NCBI GenBank assembly: GCA_963843145.1 | Contig: CAWJJC010000017.1 | Span: forward strand, 32,001 to 96,000 | From: an uncultured delta proteobacterium | Lineage (GTDB): Bacteria; Desulfobacterota; RBG-13-43-22 | Direction of reading: 5' to 3' | Length of the DNA stretch: 64,000 nt | Shown here: positions 59,096-64,000 of the stretch, one piece after another | Numbering within the stretch: position 1 is the stretch's first letter | Layout of the letters: the number at the start of each line of letters is the position of its first letter | Position numbers and translations under genes: made by a program | Notes under the pieces: generated by a model | Databases searched by the model: none | Told to the model about the DNA's origin: nothing | What the model saw: only the letters and a program-made list of their open reading frames with translations

Positions 59096-60310
59096 TTATT
59101 CATCCGCGCCCTGTGGATGGCCTTTTGGCGAACCCCTCAGTAACTCCTCAAATAATATCAGATGGGCCTTAGCGGCTGATCGGTAAGAAAATTGAGATAC
59201 CTGCCCCTGACCGGCCAGTCCTAACTGTCTCCTCCGTTCGGGAGAAACCAAAAGTCGATCGACGGCTCGAGTCAAATCTTCCACAGTATTTCTTTCCAGC
59301 ACGATCCCCTGGTCCCCAACCAATTCCGGCATGGCCCCCAAAGGGGTGCAGACCACCGGCTTACCGGAAAGCATTCCCTCCAGCAGGAAAATGCCCCAGC
59401 CTTCTTCCTCTTGGGAGGCCAGGACCGTGATATCCGCCGCGTAGTGATACCAGGGTACCTCATCCCGGGGTACCACGCCGTCATATCGAAAAAAATCCTT
59501 TAACCGGTTTTCGGACAAAAAAAGGCGGACCTGTTCCTGAGTCTGTCGGTCGGTTACCCCGGTGGACATGACCAAAAGCTGCGGGAAACGGTCCTTTAGG
59601 TTTTTGACGGCCTGGAGGACCTGGAGGATGCCTTTGTTGAGCCGCAGAGGGCTGGTGTAGACCACCAGCCGGCCGGCAAGGCCCAGCTTCTGCTTGGCCT
59701 CCTCCGGGTCGAGGCGAGGCCAGTCCGCGGTTTCCGCGCCTACGGGGATGACCCGGACCCGATCCGGCTGAAAACCGCGGCGGAGGAGACGATCCCGCCA
59801 GTATTGGGAAACGGTGACCACGGTGAACTTTTTGGCCAAGTGGTCTCCCCAGGAATGATATATGGTCTGAAAAGGCTTGCGGTAGGTATCGGCGGTAAAG
59901 AGAAACCGGGACCAAGGAGCTTGCCGGAAGAGGTGAAAGACGGCGGCCACCGATGCCCGGGGAGGGAAAGGGCCGGAATGACAGAGATGGTTGACGATAT
60001 TTGAGGGGCCCCCGACGGAGTAGAGGATATCGTAGGGTTCCCGCACCAGTTTACGTAATTCCCCGACGGCAGCCCACTTGGCCTGGAGAAAGGAGAGCCG
60101 CCTCCCCTTATCGGGTGAACGGCCAAAGGTGAAGTCGACCGAACGGGAAATCTCCCGTAACCCCGAATCCCAGACGACATCCCGGGGCGGCACCAGCGTG
60201 ATAAGGGATACCTCCACCCCCAGACGCACCAATTCCTGAGCCACCCGGGCGACATATAGATTGCCGCCGGTGGCCAGACCCAAACGGTCTCCGAGGAAAG
60301 CGACTTTCAA
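59096..60310 (-). CDS. glycosyltransferase family 4
   Basis: TGGN N-terminal loop, R..KG, EEGWGIFLLEGM. Confidence 0.88.
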   Translation of the reverse strand: MKVAFLGDRLGLATGGNLYVARVAQELVRLGVEVSLITLVPPRDVVWDSGLREISRSVDFTFGRSPDKGRRLSFLQAKWAAVGELRKLVREPYDILYSVGGPSNIVNHLCHSGPFPPRASVAAVFHLFRQAPWSRFLFTADTYRKPFQTIYHSWGDHLAKKFTVVTVSQYWRDRLLRRGFQPDRVRVIPVGAETADWPRLDPEEAKQKLGLAGRLVVYTSPLRLNKGILQVLQAVKNLKDRFPQLLVMSTGVTDRQTQEQVRLFLSENRLKDFFRYDGVVPRDEVPWYHYAADITVLASQEEEGWGIFLLEGMLSGKPVVCTPLGAMPELVGDQGIVLERNTVEDLTRAVDRLLVSPERRRQLGLAGQGQVSQFSYRSAAKAHLILFEELLRGSPKGHPQGADE

Positions 60311-60323
60311 GGTCCACCCACTT

Positions 60324-60521
60324 AAATCCGAAATCCGAAACCCGAAACCCGAAACAAATCCAAATCATCAAAATTCAAAACATTACCTCCTCAGGGACGC
60401 GAGATTCGAAGTATCCGAATTAACCCACCGCCCCTCCCAGCGAGGGAGGGGAAATCGTTTTGGTCATTTGCATTTTGGAATTTTGAATTTGTTTCGAATT
60501 TCGGATTTCGAGCTTCGAGTT
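60324..60521. repeat. family A element with an internal CCCCTCCC..GGGAGGGG hairpin
   Basis: AAATCCGAAATCCGAAACCCGAAACCCGAAAC...GTTTCGAATTTCGGATTTCGAGCTTCGAGTTT. Confidence 0.85.
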
Positions 60522-60556
60522 TAACCTGTGAAAATTTAACAGGATCATTGGCTATT

Positions 60557-61693
60557 TTATTCAATACCGGCGACTGCTTCAAAGACCGCCAGCGTCTTTC
60601 GGGCGCTATCCTCCCAGGAAAATTGCCTCGCTCGCTCCAGTCCGGCCTCTCGGAGTCGTTCTTTGAGTCCCGCCTCCTCGACCAGGCGGAGAATGGCCTG
60701 GGATATTTCTTCCGGGCTGGAGGGATCGACCAGCAACCCGGCTTGGCCCACTACTTCGGGCAGAGCACTGACCCGGGAGGCGATCACCGGGCAGCCGGAC
60801 TGCAACGCTTCCAGCAGGGGCATTCCGAAGCCCTCGTACCAACTGGGATAGACGAAAAAATCGGCGGCATTGTAAAAAAGGACCCGTTCTTCATCGGATA
60901 CATAGCCGGTCCAGCGGACCCGTTCTTCCAGACCGAGGGTCTTAATAGCCTCAAAGATTCCCTCCCATTTCCAGCCTTTCTGGCCCACCAGGACCAGGGA
61001 ATGAGGAACCCGCTCTTTCAACGGGGCAAAGGCCCGCAATAAGGTCATCAGGTTTTTACGGGGTTCCAGGGTTCCCAGGAAGAGGATGAAAGGCTGGTCC
61101 AACCCATACTTCCGGAGAAGACCGGCAAAAGCCGAAGGGTCGCTGATCGGCCGAAATTGAGGGTCAGCCCCGTGATGGGTGACGGTGATTCTTTCAACCG
61201 GGACCTTGAATAAGCGGATCAGGTCGTCGCGGGTGGATTCGGAAACGGTGATCAAATGATGGTAGTTGCGGAGCATGGCCGGGTAGGCCCAACGATCCAG
61301 CAGCTTCTGTACCGGGTTAAAGACGAAGAAGCCTGGAAAGAGATAGCGGACCAGATCATGAACCACCATGACCCCTTTGACGCCCGAAGGAATCCGCGCC
61401 GGACCGTAAAGGCCGGGAGAAAAAACCAGGTCAAATTGGGGCAAGACTTTTGGGACTTCCAGCAGATTCCAGCGGCTGACGGAAAGGGGTCCGGCAGGGA
61501 GAGGGAGGTTCACCTGTCCGAACTGCTCCCGAAAGGCGTTGGACTGCAGCCGATGATCGATCAGGGTATAGCGATGGTGCGGGGCCAGCCTTTTCATGGT
61601 CAGCAAGACCTGGTGCAGGTAATGGTCCATGCCGACTTTTTGCTCGCTGATTCCGCCGTAGATGACGCCGATATTCAAGGACCTGTGTTTCAT
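60557..61693 (-). CDS. glycosyltransferase family 4 (mannosyltransferase-like)
   Basis: VHDL, TVSESTR, LGTLEPRKN, YPSWYEGFGMPLLEA, FSWE. Confidence 0.93.
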   Translation of the reverse strand: MKHRSLNIGVIYGGISEQKVGMDHYLHQVLLTMKRLAPHHRYTLIDHRLQSNAFREQFGQVNLPLPAGPLSVSRWNLLEVPKVLPQFDLVFSPGLYGPARIPSGVKGVMVVHDLVRYLFPGFFVFNPVQKLLDRWAYPAMLRNYHHLITVSESTRDDLIRLFKVPVERITVTHHGADPQFRPISDPSAFAGLLRKYGLDQPFILFLGTLEPRKNLMTLLRAFAPLKERVPHSLVLVGQKGWKWEGIFEAIKTLGLEERVRWTGYVSDEERVLFYNAADFFVYPSWYEGFGMPLLEALQSGCPVIASRVSALPEVVGQAGLLVDPSSPEEISQAILRLVEEAGLKERLREAGLERARQFSWEDSARKTLAVFEAVAGIE

Positions 61694-61766
61694 TTTTTTT
61701 TAGCCGCAGACCCACACAGGCATAAACATACTATTTGTTTCTACCATTGGAGCCGAAGTGATCCTT

Positions 61767-61893
61767 AAATCCGAAATTCGAAGCACGAAATCGACTCGGC
61801 TGAGCCTTTCGGTAAACTCAAGGCCCTGAGCTTGTCGAAGGGCTCGTCGCAGGCCGAAACAAGCACGAAGGTCCAAAATCCAAATGTTCAAAA
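61767..61893. repeat. family A arm with doubly nested mini-inserts
   Basis: GCACGAAATC[GACTCGGCTGAGC{CTTTCGGTAAACTCAAGGCCCTGAGCTTGTCGAAGGGC}TCGTCGCAGGC]CGAAACAAGCACG. Confidence 0.85.
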
Positions 61894-62153
61894 CAACATC
61901 TCCTGGTGGTGGAAAGCTAATTTATTGCCCGAAGGGCCTGACGGTTAGGGGGGCGGCAAGTCGCCGCCCCCCTGTCCTGCCTTTGTCTGCGGCAAAAAAA
62001 CTTTTCCGATCAGCCAGATTAGAAGGAAGCATAGTCAGGCCGGGGCTAAAAGTCAAACCGCTTTTCCGGACAAGGTTGACAAGCCGGGAGGAGGTTGCTA
62101 ATCTAAGCGGGTCCTTGGCCGATTACTGCAGGGGAAAGAAAGGGATTTCATCT

Positions 62154-63116
62154 ATGCCCAAGGCTTTGATTACCGGCATATCCGGACAGGATGGCTCGTA
62201 CCTCACGGAGCTCCTTTTGGATAAAGGCTATGCCGTACACGGCATCGTCCGTCCGGCCACCCTGGAAAATCCAGAGATGCGCCTGGCCCATCTCCAGGCC
62301 CACCTGGGCCGGATCCAGCTCCACGCCGTAGAATTGAATTCCCTGACCAGCACCCTTCGCGTCCTCAGGGAAATACAACCCCAGGAGTGCTATCACCTGG
62401 CCTCGGAAAGCTATGTCAGCCCCGGCTTTGATAACCTGCGAGAAATGATGCATGCCAACCTCTATACTACCCACAACCTGCTGGAGGGCCTCCGACAAAT
62501 CAACAACGACTGCCGGATCTATTTTGCCGCCAGCAGCGAAATGTTCGGCGATGCGCCCCATTCCCCTCAGGATGAAGAGACTCCGTTTCACCCGCATTCG
62601 GCTTACGGCTTGTCCAAATTAGCGGGCTTCCACCTTGGCCGCTTTTACCGCCGCCATCATGGGCTGCACCTCTCCAATGGCATCCTCTACAATCACGAAT
62701 CGCCGCGACGAGGTCCGCAGTTTGTTACCCGCAAGGTTTCCTCTTTCGTCGCCGGGCTAAAAAAAGGCCGATCCGGTAAGCTCCATATGGGCAACCTCGA
62801 AGCCTGCCGGGATTGGGGCCATGCCCGGGACTACACCCAGGCCATGTGGCGTATGGTGCAGCAGGAGCGTCCGGATGACTACGTGATTGCCACCGGGGTC
62901 CCCCATACGGTTCGGGACCTGCTCTCGGCTGCCTTTGCTTGCATTGGAAAGGATTACCAGGACTATGTGCAGGTAGACCCGGTTTTTTTCCGGGAAAAGG
63001 AACCGGTGGATCTAATCGGCAACGCTCAAAAGGCCCATCGTCTTTTAGCCTGGCAGCCCCGGATATCCTTTGAGGAAATGATCCGCGAAATGGTCGAAGC
63101 GGACCTGGGAAGGTGA
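62154..63116 (+). CDS. second GDP-mannose 4,6-dehydratase-like SDR
   Basis: Start reassigned to MPKALITGISGQDGSY; [26 protein letters not shown]. Confidence 0.88.
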   Translation: MPKALITGISGQDGSYLTELLLDKGYAVHGIVRPATLENPEMRLAHLQAHLGRIQLHAVELNSLTSTLRVLREIQPQECYHLASESYVSPGFDNLREMMHANLYTTHNLLEGLRQINNDCRIYFAASSEMFGDAPHSPQDEETPFHPHSAYGLSKLAGFHLGRFYRRHHGLHLSNGILYNHESPRRGPQFVTRKVSSFVAGLKKGRSGKLHMGNLEACRDWGHARDYTQAMWRMVQQERPDDYVIATGVPHTVRDLLSAAFACIGKDYQDYVQVDPVFFREKEPVDLIGNAQKAHRLLAWQPRISFEEMIREMVEADLGR

Positions 63117-63133
63117 AGACCTTCTGGACTATT

Positions 63134-63224
63134 AACTTCGAAGCACGAAACGATTTTGTTTTGATCTTTTGGATTTTGGACCTTCGTGCTTGTTTCGAAT
63201 TTCGTGCTTCGAATTTCGAATTTG
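63134..63224. repeat. family A element (short, empty)
   Basis: TTCGAAGCACGAAAC...TTGGACCTTCGTGCTTGTTTCGAATTTCGTGCTTCGAATTTCGAATTTG. Confidence 0.85.
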
Positions 63225-63225
63225 C

Positions 63226-63886
63226 TTAATCAAGTCCTTCAATCAAGCGGTTAAACAGATCGACGGCGGCCTGATCCATTCCGGCCAGGGCATCCGATTC
63301 CCAGCCCCGCGCCCTGGACCACCCGGTCCCGCTGCTCCAGGGAAACGATATCCCCGGGAGCGTGGGTGTCCGAGTTCAACACCAGTTGGGCCTTATACTC
63401 CTGTGCTAGCCGCACCACATGCCCGTTGGTCAACGAGTGCCCTTTTCGGGAAGTCACTTCCAAGTAGACCCCTTTTTCAGCCGCCAGACGCGCTTCCTCG
63501 GCTGTAATCAGGCCCGGATGGGCCAGGAGATGAACACCGGCCAGGATGGCCGCCCGATTCGTTCCGGGAGGGACCGGTTCTGCGATGGTTTCGCCGTGGA
63601 CTACGATCAGCCTGGCGCCTAAATGCTTGGCGACCGCCGCTAATTCCCCGATCGTTTCCGGAGGCACATGGGTTAATTCGATGCCCGGCAGGACCTGGAT
63701 GATTCGGTAGCGGTTCAGTTCCCGAGCGACCTGGACCAGCCGGGGGACCACGTGGTCCAAATTCGACCGATCGGCGTGGTCGGTGATCGCCCAGTAGCGG
63801 TAACCGCGGACTTCGGCCCGACGCACCAGTTCCGAGGGCAAAAGTGCCCCGTCGCTCATCAGGGAATGGCTGTGTAAATCAATCAT
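63226..63886 (-). CDS. PHP-domain protein (histidinol-phosphate phosphatase-like); probable 1-bp indel near 63300
   Basis: DLHSHS..SDG, ITDHAD, GIELTH, VHGET, LAHPG, NSDTH. Removing one G gives a plausible helical end ESDALAGMDQAAVDLFNRLIEGLD*. Confidence 0.88.
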
Positions 63887-64000
63887 GACATCCTCGCCTT
63901 CTTAAGATGCGGCAATACTGAAATTAATTATTAATATCATGCAGTTTGAATAAAAAATTCAAATAGAGCCTACCCCCGGCCCAGCCTCCGACAGTATCGG

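Noticed and set aside
61884-62153. N-terminal extension of the second Gmd
   Set aside because: It starts within a repeat and is non-homologous; the Rossmann motif begins right after ATG 62154.

Overview
GC-rich bacterial chromosomal window whose gene content (ndk-thiL, glgP, archease-rtcB, dnaE-guaA-guaB, glnS, gap, two gmd paralogues, tRNA-Val/tRNA-Asp) and intergenic repeat families suggest a Desulfobacterota (deltaproteobacterial) genome; this is an inference. Several genes, including the essential dnaE, carry single-base indels typical of long-read assembly error. Highlights: (1) An apparently undescribed signalling locus at 13.3-18.4 kb. An FHA/pseudo-receiver/class III nucleotide cyclase with non-canonical specificity residues is transcribed divergently from a coupled operon of an MFS transporter and two paralogous kinase-fold proteins lacking the catalytic Asp, one fused to a cNMP-binding domain and one to a YgiT/MqsA-type zinc finger. 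A dynamin-like GTPase pair lies just downstream of the cyclase. (2) Two in-frame TGA codons sit exactly at conserved Cys positions and are each followed by a SECIS-like hairpin: the metal-ligand Cys of RtcB (DIN-U-GVR) and the CGC motif of a DUF1573 protein. (3) Several families of intergenic palindromic/heptamer repeats, including ~24-38 bp units nested inside copies of themselves. (4) Several 5'-truncated gene remnants. All calls come from reading motifs by eye; no database searches were run.
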